Shown here one piece after another: positions 38,600 through 52,576 of a stretch of 64,000 nt of DNA. The position numbers were made by a program, and so were the translations under genes. Numbering within the stretch: position 1 is the first letter of the stretch; each line of letters opens with the position of its first letter. The DNA is from Raillietiella orientalis (Eukaryota). Below the pieces are notes generated by a model that saw only the letters and a program-made list of their open reading frames with translations, was not told where the DNA came from and ran no database searches. Location: NCBI GenBank assembly GCA_036172245.1, contig JAYWIR010000068.1, forward strand, positions 310,001-374,000, given 5' to 3'.

Positions 38600-39555
38600 G
38601 GAAATCTTGTGAGGTTGTAGTGGTTCCAGAAGTGAAGGAGGAATTCGCTGGGCACCTGAGAGATCGAAGAGGCGGAATCCAAGTAAGCTTTGCAGACCAC
38701 GTGGCAGAAGTCATCCCTGTTTCCAGCCTTGATACTGAAACGGGAAGGCGTGCAGCGGGGAACAATCCCCGCGGCATGCTGCCCTTTCCCAGATCGCCAA
38801 AGCCGCGCGCGCGCAAAGACTCAAGCCAAACGACCCGGGAATGCGTTCCGCAAAGGGTCTGCCTCCGGGATGAGCAGCAAAACGCCCATCGGAAGGACGG
38901 CGACGTGCCAAGTGGGAAAGAGGAACCCACGAGAAACGTGGCACGCGGCGGAGGCCATGAAGCCGAGGCCTCCACGTGTGGTGCCCACTGCACTGGATTC
39001 GAATCACGCTCGCGCGAGAATCGACCCCGGGAAAGGAGCGCGTCGCAAGTTTCGAGTTCCCCCCGCTAGATGACGCGGGATGAGCTATTCGGGCGCCGCG
39101 GCTCTGGCGAAAACCGGAAACCCCCGGATGCCCCCGTTGACTGGCCGGAATTGGAAGATGACTCTCTGGAGTCCTTCCAGAAATCAAATTGCCGTTCGAG
39201 GTTCCCCTCAGGGTACGAAAACGGAACTGGTACATACCACTTCATAGTTCACTGCTCCCTTCCAGAAACACGGATTCTTTCCCGGTTCCCTTAGGTGAAG
39301 AACGTGAGTGAACCCACCCATCCGGGAATCTCTCCGCAGACAGCAAGGAAGAGAGAATCTCTTCGGGGTTCCCTTCGGAGGAGATAATCAGAGAAAGATA
39401 AAAGGACTCCTTCCTCTCGGAGGCCATTTGGATTCACTGGGTGATCGCCTCCCTGGGTAACCCCTGCAACTTGAGGAATCAACACGCGCGCCCTCGGACG
39501 GTGCGGACAGCGTGAAAGAGCTTGCTCTGCCCACAGGCGAAAGGTTCTTGAGCAC
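38600..39555 (+). repeat. Dispersed repeat copy C (LTR-like), older and inverted relative to A/B
   Basis: 39116-39188 ggaaacccccggatgcccccgttgactggccggaattggaagatgactctctgg matches the reverse complement of ~26922-26995; 39430-39555 matches the reverse complement of ~18805-18925. Ends CA (39553-39554) followed by ctTGG, a PBS-like arrangement. Confidence 0.65.
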
Positions 39556-39599
39556 TTGGCCAACCGAACGGAAGGAAACCTCGAAGAAACGTGAGGTTC

Positions 39600-42500
39600 A
39601 CTGCCGCCCAGCAGGCAGAATGTGCAAGGAGAGGTTGGTGTCACGGAAGCGGTGATAGAGAAATGGTGGACTTACTTGGAAACCAGCAGCAGGTATCCTG
39701 GTAAAGCCTTTGGTTGACGAAACTGGCTGATGTGCTCTTCCAGAGCAACAACCGTTCCCGTTTTCAGATCTCTGCAACGACAGGTTGTAGAATAGGGAAT
39801 CCGCCAGCTCAACTCACCGATCGAATTCGAACTTGAGGCCCCGTTTCAGGTTCAGCTTCGTAACAATGTGACGCAAGGATGATGGTTCGATTCCAAGGAA
39901 ACCATCAGGGAAGCCAGGAAGATTCATGAAGTGTCTCCGAGGATCTGCGTGGAATGGCACCACGGCTTGCGGAAAACGTTTACCGCCAAAACTCTGAAAC
40001 AGATGGTCCTTCTTCGACTCTCTTCTGCTTGCAGACGGGAAAAAGAAATGAAGCTCGCAGACTCCTTCCCAGTTCTTCAGCACTTGTGAGATTCAGTGAC
40101 TGTTGAATTCAGCTGGGATCGTCAGCGGAGTAAAGGTGAAACATCGGTAGCAGACCCCCTGACAGCTAGTCCGCACGTCGGCAACAGAAACAAATTTCAG
40201 CTGTAGGAAGGTGGGAAGGCGGCCGTACGGAAGGTCATTTGCTCTTGGGGGCACTCTACATCGACGCCAGAAGAGACGAGACCAAAGAAGAGGAACGGGA
40301 GCGAGTGACCTTCCAGTTAACCTCGAAAGGAGCAATCGTGGGGTACCTCAACGGAGATATTTCCGGGATACCGAAGGATCTTCAGAACCAAGAAGAACTG
40401 GAGGATGCAAAAACGCCGAAGAGACAAGAACACAAAAGAAGTGGTCTTCCGTGTCATCTATCGTAGCCGGAATGTGGGCTGTAAGCATCGGACGGGACAC
40501 ACCCAAAGAGCTGTTGAAAGGAAGCGTCCCCTCTCGAGAGGGGACGCTTCCTCTCGAGAGGGAGATAGGAGGAGGAGTTTCCCCCTCCGATTATTTGCTT
40601 CTCCTTCCTCAGAAGGAACGCGCACGGCTGATTGTGAGCAAAAGAGCGGCAGGCAATACGTACTATCGTGTCCCTCACGATTCGGCCTCGCATATGAATG
40701 CCCATGAAATACAGCAGTTCCTCCTTGGTTTCCGTATCCACTGTCTGAAAAGGCTTGTCATCGTATCTGTTGTGCTCCTCTGTAAGGAAAGCAAACCAAA
40801 CCGCTGCACCTGAGGCGTCAGAGGCCTTTGCTTACTGCAAAATGATGAATTGCACTGGCTTGAAGGAAGTAGCAAGTGATCTCCCAAAGTATCCAGAGAC
40901 ACATGGAAGGTCTTGGGTTTTGTTGTTGACTTTCCTCTACTGCCCACTTGTGAAAGTCCTTGTGACTCAGTTTGTATATCGACCACGAAGAAACCCTGGA
41001 AAAAGAGCATTCACGTTACTTTCACGGTTCCAAATAGGGACTGTTTCTTACATTCGAGTAGGTAAGTGGTATATTCAGCTTGCTTCCCCAAACGGATGAC
41101 CTGCAAGAAAAGAAAACAACAGCAGTCGTTGCGGAAAAGAAGACCCGGTTGCGACTTTAGGCCGGGAAAAGGTCTCCACTTACGTGGCTTGAAGAACCAA
41201 GAGGAAAACAGCGAGCTTCTCCATGGTGACCGTCGTCTCGGCGCAACAGGCCCTCCTAGAGAACGTTGCGTCGGACCTGCCTCTTTATACAGCCGTTGCT
41301 GGCGCATCCAAGCCAAGACACCGCGCGTCACCTCCCGGGGGTCCTGGCATATGAGGAACAACTGGGGAAAAGCGTCAGCCCTCCGCCGACGCCTGGCGGT
41401 TCCTTGCACGCGTGACGCTCCGTGTTCCATTTACATGAGCGAGTGGGTTCCTCTGCGCCCCAGTTGACGCGGCCAACTGCGTGCGGAGCTCCCCCTCACG
41501 TCATAGGGAGGCGGTAGGGATGAATGGATGAATGTTCAGAGGATGGTGCGGTGGCGGTGTCGCGGGAGTGGAGTTCATGGCGATGAGGTCGCGAATGTCT
41601 GTCGGGCCTCTGTGATGGCGTTCGATCGAGCTGGACTCTGGGGGAATTCGACGCTGCGGAAAGAATCACACCGCCTGTGCGTCCGTGACCGCGGCCGACC
41701 CGTTCCTCAAGAGGAAGGGAGGTCGGTCTCCTCCTGCGAGATGAACGCTCCCGCGCCACCCATCCTCTCGCGCGGGGGCGTTCATCCATTCTTAAAAAGA
41801 GATCGCGCGTATGGTTTCTGGCAAAATGCTGTTAGGGTCCAGCGGAAGATAGGCTGCAGCTGCTCCAAGAGAGAAGGAGACAAGAAGCTACCGGGCGCCT
41901 GTCCCTCTGACTCTCATGAAATGCTCAGTGAGGGCGACTTCCGACTCCAGTCCGACCGACGTAAGCTGTGGTCTTTTCGCATCCTCTCGCCGCACGCAGA
42001 CTGCCGGGAGCATGCTTGGCGTCTTCCGTGGGCGGGACTCCTTGGCGACACGAGGTGCTCTCGGTCCTGGGGACGTCGTCCGCGTGGAAAGGGGTCGGCT
42101 TCGCGCATCCCGAGCTGGGACGAGAGGTGCGGCATTCCGGCAGGAGTGGACGTCCCTGCAATCCCTTCGCCGCACGGATCGGGGCGGTTGCTCCGTTTTC
42201 TCCCGTCAGCTGATGAGGCAGCCCGTTGTCCGTCATGCATCCCAGTACCTGGTGACTCCTCAGATGATCTGCATCTTCCTCGATACGATTGGTCGGCAGT
42301 GGTTCTCGAGCTTTCTTCACTTGCAGAAGAGCGAAGTCGGGAAGGTGCAGTTAGGCATCGGGAGCCAGTAGCATCAGCTTCCCGAGGATGAAGATGAAGA
42401 TGGAAACGCTGCGACTGAGGACACTGACAGATCTGGAGTCTTTTTATTGTTCAGCAAAGACAGAGATGCTCAAGATCTTCCTATTGTTTCGTTGCGAAGG

Positions 42501-42600
42501 ATTTCTCGATAGGCGTCGACAAGGAAGGTATTCAGACAGGTGGAAAGGATCCCTGATCGCCCAGGGTTGATTTCCTCGCCTTCCCAAAGAAAAGAAACCC
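39600..42600 (+). mobile_element. Decayed Ty3/Gypsy gag-protease-RT relic
   Basis: In order: gag-like RQRSKGETSVAD (~40120), protease-like PMKYSSSSLVSVST (~40700), RT-like SEWVP...GQLR (~41440), FLKRDRAYGFWQ (~41790), EHAWRL (~42010). Many stops and frameshifts. Confidence 0.45.
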
Positions 42601-42699
42601 TTGCTGCTGATAGAGAATCTCTCGGATTGGGGGTTTTCCACTTCTCAAGCAGTCCCGTCGTTCCATTAGGTGAGGACCCCGTCAGCTGAGCGCGGGGAA

Positions 42700-45600
42700 C
42701 GATTGCATACCTCGCCGTCCCACGAAATCATCTCGTAACTGTGGCTTGCAGGCTCTTGGTGATCGTGAAACTGTCGTGAGGCTCGCCGTGCTCCATGACT
42801 TTCAATTGCTTCTCTTCTTTTCCACGCTTCAGCATCCAAATAAAAGACGTCATCGTGCTACTAGAAATGTGAGATCTTTCTCCTCGTGGTCGCCGAAAAG
42901 AAAAAAAACAAAGCAAATTCTATTCTTGACGCAAAAAAAGCCCGACACTCACTGAGCCTTTCCTTTCATCGCGATTTCTATCTTCTGCCCATTTCTCATC
43001 TTTGCACTTTTACATCCAGCTTTCTCTGCAAGAATTCTCCTCCTTAAATTTTCGCAGGGTTCCTAAACGCCACCGTGCCACCACACATTTCGTCGACGAC
43101 GACCTCTTCAGATTACGTTGTCCTCCTTCCTTCTGCCGAACGGATGCAGCCTTTTCCGGTTGTCACGCAAGCAGCGCGTGCTAAAAGCGCACCGAAATAA
43201 GCGTGGATTTCCCGTAAGCGTCTCCTTCCTCACGTGTCCTCTTCGTCGTCGGAAGTGGCGTGAGTCCTTTCGGACGAGGGCAGCGAATTTGAATTAGGGA
43301 AATGAATTTTGGGTGTCTCCCTTTCAGGGATCCACGCCAATCAGAGGCTGCTCGCGATTCGGATTACCGCTTCTTAGCGCTCCAGAAACTACCCGTGAGC
43401 ACGTTCTCTTCCGCATCGCCGCCGCAGCTTGCCTCCGAAAGTCGCGTCCTCCACCCCGGCACTTTACCGGCCTGCCATTCGAGAAACGTACGGTCGGGCC
43501 TTTCGAAAGCAGACGCGATAAGTCTTGATGGCAGGCGAGCTTCCAGCATCAGCATCCCTGGATGGATTGCTCGTCGCGTAGGAGGCGGCCTGCATTTGCG
43601 ACTCCATGGTCGTCGACAAAACCGCAGCTGCCTCCGTTCGGGCTCTGCCATCATAGGCATCAAGAATCCTCTACCAAATGCATCGAGAACACTTGCATTC
43701 TGCTGTGCCAGTGCTCTCCAGGTTTCAATCAGCGAATTTTTCAATTAACATTTGCATATGGTCGTGGGAATCTTCGGCTACCAAGCTGCTTCGAGGAAGC
43801 AGGAACTAGAGGACATTTCACGTCTTTGCACAAAGCTGCAAGTTGATCCGCCGATCTCCTTTCCGAACACGGCACGGTTCATCAGCACAAACGCATCGCA
43901 CCCGGTATTTAAACAGAGAAATAAATGGCACCTCCATTGCATAAAAGAGCACATCAGTCCATGCAAATGATGAGGCAGTCCTACGTCCGCGCAGCAGTGA
44001 CAAGAGCAACGTTTGAACCATCCAGCAGCAAACACGTCCGTTATTTAAAACCCTTTCCTTTTCAAAGCAGGAAACGAGGACAACAGCGTAGGCGTTTCAT
44101 TTACTCTCTTTTATGGGAAATGTGCCCCTTTGAGAAGGAAAGACTACCCAAAGACAGAAACCACTGAAACCATCCCCTCTTCTTGGTTGCCTGCAGCATT
44201 TGCAGTGAACCTTGCTGCAGAATAAATGCTGCTGTGCAGAACCACGCCCTCGATTCGTCGCTGGCTACTCGTCTTATCTGCTGGACACGGATTTGAAGAA
44301 GTCTTCGGTTGGTTCATGTTCCAATCCGAGTCCTCTTCCAATTCCAGTCGGCGATGAGACAGCAGCGGAGGATCAGTATAGCAGGGATGATCCTCCGGGA
44401 TCAGCCTTTGCCTAGCATCTCACGCAGTTGCTTTGATGGTTCAGCAGGTCATTTCGGACTTGCTCAATCAGGAGCGATCGTGGTTGGAAGCGAAATGCAT
44501 CTTCAGAAGCTGCGAGTGAGCGGCGGACGGTTTCGTAGGGCATCGGAAACTGCGATCCGCTGGAACAAGTCGAACGCGTCGTGATGAACACATCGAACAC
44601 TTCACAATGATGAAAACTTCGTCGGCTCATTCGTTGGCGGTTGTTGACAGACATGAAGATGCTGCACAGATTGCGCTCCAAATTGCGAGTGGAGTGCACG
44701 TCACTTCTTTCAGCATATCGATGAAACGATTCGGCACGCAACACATCGGAAACTTTCCTGTTGGTTCGCATCTTCAGGAAGAAAACATCCGCTCTGTACT
44801 TGAACATCAACAGCTCATAAGCCAACCTGTAAGCAAGGAATGCAACGACTTCACATTCCAGGCAGTGTTATAGAGTAGCAGCTCCATTCGGGTGATGGTC
44901 GTCCAGATGAACGCGTCAAACTTTCATCTCTTCAGCTTCATCTCACGCGTGAAAATTTTCCATTTTCGAAGACAGCTCACAGTTGACACGGGTGCTCTCT
45001 AAGGCATCTGTGAAAAGGAAGGGTGCGATTTCGGGTCTGAATATTTGGAAAATTCCCGTGTGTCCATGTGATGGAATCGAAGTCAAAAATAAGGGTACGC
45101 AGATACCTCGTTTTGTTCACTTGGTTTCGAAGGCTTCCACTAAGTGTAATAAGGGGAAGCACCAGATCTATAGTGTATTGGCAGAGAATGATCCCGGTGG
45201 TTGCTTGCCATCCCCTGACAGGTCCTACCAGCAAGGGTGCAGCGCAAGGATACGACGCGTGAACAAAATCGAGCATCTATGGAAGCCATTGCTAGGCGGT
45301 AGTTGAAGATCCAGGAATCTTTGGGATGTCTCCACCCATGCAGTGTGCTCCACAACGGAGACGGAATGCGAGGCCCACACAACTTTTGATTGTGCCTTTG
45401 ATTTTCTCGTTGAGCTTTCGACAAGGTCGGATCCTCCTTCCCTTCCTGAGCCACTCGTTGTCTGGGTCACGTGTATACGGCAGCCTTGCTCAGACTTGGC
45501 TGAATGCAGTGATGCGACTGTTATTCGTCGCCGTGCAGCACCCAGTTCTCCGTCGAACCGATCTTCACTTCAAAGACATGGGAAGAAGAGAGGACTGTGA

Positions 45601-46300
45601 CCTGGATCCATGCTTCTGCGAGATGTCGCTTTCCTCGAAATGCGCGCAATCCGTGCGAACGAACTGCTGCATTCAGTAGGCATCGTTGAGTACTTTGCAT
45701 TTGATGGCACAGCAGCAGGAGTTTCCGGTGCATGATTTCCGGATTGGACCGCTGATCCTGCAGCCCGCATGCATGCCTCGTGCCTTTATTGAGTAACCAC
45801 GTCAAGTGTCTACCACTGCCTAGGTGTTCCTTCCACCTGTGCCTCAGCCTAAGCAGCTCGCCTGAGCTCTCCAAGAGAAAAGCCAACCCAACTCGGTCAA
45901 GAAATGCGCGTGCACATGAGAAGAAGCGTAGAATATCACGACAAAGATGAAAAGAAGCAATGTTGAGAGAACGGAGGAAGATGCCTCCGTGCGGCCACGC
46001 GTGCTTGCGCGGGTTCCCAACACCCGTTGACGATGGCAGCCGCGGCGGGTTCCACGAAATTACCATACACAAATTGAATGTAGAATGGTAATTTCAATAC
46101 CATCTTTAGGAACTGCAAACTGCTTCTCGCCCAGGTGTCCCGCAAGATAAGTCGTTACGCAGTGGTATCACTGCAACCGGGTGGCAAGTGGGTGAGATCT
46201 CGAGGCTCGAGAGGTGACAGATATCGATCGTTCTGGTTCGTTCTGTTTCTCAGAGTGACATTCCTACCGATGCGATGCCTTGCCAGCGAAAGAGGGTGGT
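42700..46300 (-). mobile_element. Decayed Ty3/Gypsy element (zinc knuckle, RT, RNase H, integrase), convergent with the previous relic
   Basis: Colinear on minus: C....AGHL (~46140), YPCAAPLLV (~45240), VHLDD (~44905), IEGVVLH..IYSAAR...GAHF (~44250-44120), YRVRCVCADE (~43890), HPGM (~43560), LREIHAYFG..RDN (~43210). RT-RH-IN order fits Gypsy. Confidence 0.6.
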
Positions 46301-47814
46301 GCTGAAAAAGAAGTGGCACTACAGCTAAAGTGCGAAAACTTTTTTCCTTTTCTTTTCCAATCGCTGATAGCATTTTTTTTCCTGTTCATCATGCTTCTTG
46401 GCTCACCGAAGATTGCACGCTCGTAGGATTCGTGAGCGTGCAGTTGAGCTTACTTGATCCACACTGGCAGGAATCGAATTCCATGTCTTTGCTCTCTCGA
46501 GGCGCTCGGTCACTTGGAAATTCGAAACCGCCTTTTGGCACTACAATTTTTTCAGACTTTCTACGCTCCTTGTGCCTCACTGGAATTCTGAACTGCTCGC
46601 GCTGAAATTAATTTCCAATCTGAATTCGAGATGACTGCTTCACCCGCGCTGCGCAAATTCCAGCGCAGCTCAAATGTTTTTTTGGTTGTTCTTCAAAAAA
46701 CGAAGGGAAGTGCTGGCGGCAAATTGGTTTTTAATGATAGTGATCTCAAGACAAAGCTGTGATCATGCAGCATTACCAAGGATCGGGAATTTATGCAAAA
46801 GTAATCAGGAGAATGCAACCACTTGATGGATGTTAATGTAATTCCCTCCAGGTAAATGTTCTGAAAATGATTAATTGAAACAAAGGAAAACCGCCGATAC
46901 GTTTGGAAGCCATGAAGGTAAAAGTTTTCACCTCAGCAAAAAAATAAAATACAACCCGAACCATGACGGACTGACCACATGCTTGAAAGAGATCAATTGT
47001 TGTAACACAGGTTGTTCGTCATCATCTCCCATCCACCCACTGCTCGAAGAATAAAGAACACAGTACGAAACAAAATGAATGTTTACATGACATGCATTTA
47101 AAGAGAGCGCGCAATACCTAAGCTTGCAATGATTCATTAAAAAGGCAAGTGCGAGAATGTTTCCCATTCGGCGTATTCCCGCATGTTGACAACCAATTAT
47201 GAATTCGAGTTAATTCATTGACATTGAGTCCAACTTTGAGCCACAAGCACGAAAAACAATTTTTGACATTCATTTAGAAATTTGGCGAAGCTATTTTTTT
47301 TTTTACAGAAAATGTCATCTTCGTAAGGAGATCATAGGACCTGCGAATCGAATTCCATTAATAAGATGCGAACAGCACATTGCATTCGAAATGGAACTTA
47401 TGGTATTGCGTGGCGAATGCCATCCTCCACAACCGCCTGTCTCCACTGCTACAGACTCTGGGGAGAGACGAAACGGCAACCGCACTCACGTTCGCAGCAC
47501 ACGGCAACCCTGACTGAGGGGCGAGGGCGAGTCCGTCGGAGGCCCCTCGCATCCCAGCAAATGCAGTTTTCACTGCAAAGGGTGAGCCCTGTCGTGTTTG
47601 AGTTGGAACGGAATTCTGCAACAAGTCGGACATGTTTTAGGCCGTCCTGAAGCTGATGACCGCATGAGCTCTGCTTTTGGAGGTCGTTGAAAACACCGAG
47701 TGCTTCGACTTTTGTACGGATGGACGTAACGAAGTGAGTCCATCGACTGGTGTGTTTCGAAGCCGCCGCGGACGGGCGCGTGCATTCATTTTGTTTTTCT
47801 TTTTCGGAAAGAAA

Positions 47815-48617
47815 ATGGAGGACCCAAATCGGTAAGTCTCCGATCTTTCGGCAAAGGCAACGGGTAGGTCATCTCGGAAGTCGTAAATCGTGAAGAGCAT
47901 GCACGTGGTGCACCCTGCATTGCACTGCATCGCATCGGGCGCGTGTACTGCATGAAAGCCGCTTGTCCAGCGTGACCTCAGGTGTCGCCTTTCGTGCCTT
48001 CAAGCTCTTCTGCCCGAGAACTCCGTTGCTCGCAGGCAACGTGGGCTTTTCTTTGTTCAACCAGATCGAATTCCTCGGTGGAATGCATCAGCTGTTCGGA
48101 AACATACGCGTTCATCCGCACGTGGTTGCGCATCCACAAAAAGGAATCCTTAAGTTGCATGACCAGCAGTGAATGTAACGTATTAAAGGTCACTTGGAAA
48201 AAAACGCGTAACTCGCGCATTGCATCCTAAATGAAAGTTTTTTCACCCGGGTGAGCCGGGGCTACATGCTAAATGAAAGTAGTCCGGTCAGTTTGCTTAT
48301 ATGTTTGTCACTGTCGTCGGTGCCGAAGTTTTGGACGTCCGCACAATCAAGCAATCGGTGAATGCAACTTGTTCTTTTGCAGAGAACTGCATGTGCATGC
48401 TGTGGAAGAATTGCTGAAGGAATCCGAGCAAGCCAAGGAAAGAGCTTCAGTTGTTGGCACTGATGGTTGGAAAAGGAGACCTTTCAGTACCAATAAAATG
48501 TTTATCAATAATATCCTGAAGAACACACTCAGTGCTAATGCAAGTATTGCAAAGGAAGAAAAGCGATTCAAACAAGCAAGTGGATTGGCTCAAGCACACT
48601 TTATACAAAAACTTTGA
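47815..48617 (+). CDS. POLR1D-isoform-2-like protein, second copy; exons 47815-47831 and 48383-48617
   Basis: Same translation as 29117-29919. Confidence 0.85.
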
Positions 48618-48624
48618 AGGAATC

Positions 48625-51600
48625 TTATTCATAATACATGGCAGTAATGCTGTAGAAATGAGATTGCTCTTCAAGTGTAGATAAACGATGATTGATATAT
48701 TTAATAAATCGTAAAGTGTCCTCGTCGCGATAAACTAGAGCCAAACAGTTTTCATCAGGGGTGATGCGAAGCAGCTGAAAATCCGATCGTTACTGGGAGA
48801 TCCTGAGGAATCCTTCTGGGAAATACCTCCTCGGTTTCATTGTTTGCCACATAGGTGACAAAGCCTCCCATCTCCGGAATCCACTTATCACAACAGAAGA
48901 AGGTGACCACATCCAGCACATGCTGTCTGCTTCTCTCATCCTCATCGTGCATTAAAGTATAGCATCCGTGTTGCCACTTTTGAACTTCAAACCAACACTT
49001 TGGATCTGATTTTCCAAGAAGAAAGATCATGCATTGCGGCCAGGTACACCATACCGGAGTTTTCGTTTCCTCCAGATGCCAAACGGTGCAAGGACAACCC
49101 AGTTAAATTGGATAAAGTCAGATGAAATGCTTCGGACAAAAAAAAATTCTTTAGCTTTTTCAAAAGGTCAGGATAAGCAGCCTCCTCGCAGGTTTCATAT
49201 CGCCTGCAAAACCAGAAATCAGAATGAGAACTCGGAATCTCTCCACAGCAATTATTTGACGTGAAAGGAAATTCTGCAGTGAAGACGCTTATTCCATCCA
49301 CCCAAATGAGACACAGCATGCACGCCCCAAGTGGTGAGTCGATCCCTACAACCAGCAACTGTTCTTCCTGCTCATGTGGGGTTTGTATCTTCTTGCGTGG
49401 GAGTTGCACTTTGTATATGGCTGCAAACCAAGCCATTCCACAAAACGTTTACAAATATTAGCAACTCCTATCTTGCACGTCTTTTGCATCCAAACAACAG
49501 CAACTAGCTTTGCAACTTTCTATTCCACGAGCCTTCTACGTCAACATTACATCAGCAACCAGTAGCTACATGTACCTCGACCCTCTAGTTGTGAGTAGGC
49601 AACATTCACGACACTACATCAGCCTTGCTCACACTTGCAATGTATGGGCAGGGTACATCAACCATGAATGTTCCATACTTTGACCGTGTTCAATCCTTTG
49701 CTTTACGGTACAGTCCCATACCTGAACCCTACTTGCATTTTCAGGGAAACCACTCTCAACTACGATACATCCGAGCTCACTGAGCACGAAACTTGGGTTA
49801 CCTCAGGTTCGATGGTCCTCTTGTCTTCCAGCAGTCTGCAGGAATCTGCATGATTGCTTCCGATGCACCTTCATACATGTCCCTCACAAAAAAGTCGTTT
49901 AATTGCATTTCCGATGCTTCTTCGAATTTACGCTGAAGTTTCCTCTGCAATTTTCTTTTCAAGTAAGCCGGATTTATCCAACAACGGAATTGTTCTTCCT
50001 GTCAAAGAGAAACTTTTAAGTCCCTGGCATTTGTCCTGTTTCCATGCAAGTTTGCACTTTGTCAACAAGCTGAAACGTTTTCGGTGAGGTACATTTGATA
50101 CGAAAGTTCGTTTTAAAATGAAACTCCATGACCAAGCAGATGCAAGAGTAACATTTTCCATCAGCATGCCATCATCCATTCCCAAAAATTGTTGAAGAAA
50201 TTCCCAAGAAAAACGTTAAAAATGCAAGAAACCACCATTGCCTTCGATAATCACTTCAGAAAACCACAGGTGTTGTGCAATCAAAGGTCATCAACTTGAT
50301 TCTGCTGCTCCCCACTATCCAGAAAACCATTTCACATACGACACAAAGTACTTGAGAAGACATGACGAATTGCAATGAAACCCATCAAATTTTGAAACGC
50401 CCCAGTTGACAAATTCAACTGTCTCATCTCATTAATTCAGGCAACCTGGTTTGGAAAATGCAAGAAATACACAAATCACAAAACAATTCCATCAACATGC
50501 AGCCTTGTAAAATGACCAGTTCTTGACAGAAAGCCACCGACGAATACGTAGGTCTACAGAAGTAAAACGAATGCCTTGATTCAATGTTCCAGGTGAAAGT
50601 TTCCCAGTACACAACCACAGTTCTTAATGGAAAGCTTCCATACCAAGAAGACAGTCGAATCTGCAAAGATCGATGGGTAGATTCACTGAATTGTGCAACT
50701 GTCCCAGACTCCTCTTTGCCTTTCGAATCCCTTTGAAGACCAAAAGCACAAATGCCCAAGTGATCATGCACTGGGTAAGGATGGCCAGAATGATGTATTA
50801 TGCGGACAACGAGGAAGGAACTTCATTCCTCTTTGTCTTCCCTTCCTTCCTGTCAACCATCTGAAGTTCTGATGGTTGACAGCTACAAAGCAAACGTGTA
50901 TTCATTGCAATGAAGCCATGGCAACCAATTTCCCTGAACACTCATTTCGTAAGCTGTGAAATGCAAACCACTCGAACATCCCATGGATGAAAGTCATCAA
51001 TTTCTCCGATGTAGGTGCTTTTGCATGGATTTCATACCTGGATTTCGATTGCCTTTTCCAACAGAGGTGGGGGATCATCAACTATTGTGACATCCTCCTT
51101 TGTGAAACAATGAAACCATCCACTTACAGAGAGACGCACTTTACTTTTGGATAACACTTCACCAACCTATCAGCAGAGCATGAAAACACAAAAAAAAACA
51201 TTTCGTGTGGTGTTACCTGATGAAAGGACTTGGAATTTACTTCGAAAAATAACATCTGGTTATAACGTGGGACTAGAGACTTTACAATTTCCTGCGGTTC
51301 GTTCCTCTCTGAGAATGACATGGTAATTTGCATTGCACAAATCAATTTCACACATTCAAACTCTCAGCTACTGAATCATTGAAGAACATGCATTTTACAA
51401 ACAGAGAAAGTGCATGCTGTGCTACATCCGTCTTTGTTTTTGCTTTTGTGTTTTTGAAACACTTTCATATGCAGTTGTCTATTCACTGCAATCACTACTA
51501 TTTGGATGCTTGCACACCCCAAAAGGGCAAATAAACAACTGAAAAGTTAACAGCAACTTCTAATACGGATGCATTACACTGTGAAGGAAGAGCATCAGCA

Positions 51601-52576
51601 CTTACAGTCAACAAGCGAGGCAGGAGCATTAGAAGGAACTGACACTGTATAGGATTCTGGTTCCCCAGGATCAACAAACAAATGCAAAAATGGAGATTGT
51701 CCATACAGAAAAAGAGTACCATTAACTGCAAACATATCAAAGGTTCCTCCATCTTCTGAACACCAATCCTCAGTTAAGTACAGCACGAAAGCTACCTTCC
51801 TATCCTGTAATCTATCATCGTGGCACAATAAGTAATCTACAAGGAAACGGTCCAAGTCAATGTGAAGGCAATTACATTTCAAGCCACGCTCTCATCCCAA
51901 TGCAAGAGTTCCCAAACACAAAATCAACACGTTCCAACACTTGCATTGGGAACACAAACCACAACACTCATGCATCCATGCACTCCTTAACCATTACAGT
52001 TTCCAGGCAAGCAGAAGAGGAAAACAACAACACATGCTAGATTATGCTCTGGGCATTACCACAGTAGGAATAGAAGGAAAACGTTGCGTCCACATGCTCG
52101 TTCAGAGGGCACTCTGTAACACTTCTCATCCAATGCAGGAAACTTGTGTGGAAAAATCTATTCAATGCGTTCACTTTAGGGGCTTCGATCTCCTCAACAT
52201 CCACACTTTGACGGAAGCAATACAAATCATTGTCTCTTTTGGTGCAATTCGCAGCCAAAGCTTCCTCTCTCAAACCCTGTAGGAAGTCCGCCTGTGCAAG
52301 GAAGTCTTGCAAAACGCAGCACTTGAAGGGCTTACTTACAACGACACCTTTTCCATTTGCTAGAATTCCGGTGAGGGTACACTCCCGAAAACAAAACAAA
52401 ACCACATTTTACCTAAGGGGACATCCTCGGAATGCTCGTCCATTGAAGCACCTTCCTCACGGACGCGATGAGCCAGCATCCAGGTACGAGTCGTTGATCC
52501 CGCTGATTGAGTTGGCCGGTGGTGACCTCTTCGAGGGTGACCTCGCACCGACATACTCCGTGCATTTTCTTTTCAT
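48625..52576 (-). pseudogene. OGFOD1: OGFOD1 second copy with frameshifted exon 1 (pseudogene or consensus error)
   Basis: Exons 2-9 match copy 1 apart from one V>G change in exon 2. Exon 1 (52576-52413) is 164 nt versus 175 nt and reads MKRKCTEYVGARSPSKRSPPANSISGINDSYLDAGSSRP*. Confidence 0.8.

Noticed and set aside
45844..45856. agcctaagc resembling a TTAGGC telomerase template
   Set aside because: A 9-nt match inside a retroelement relic is plausible by chance.
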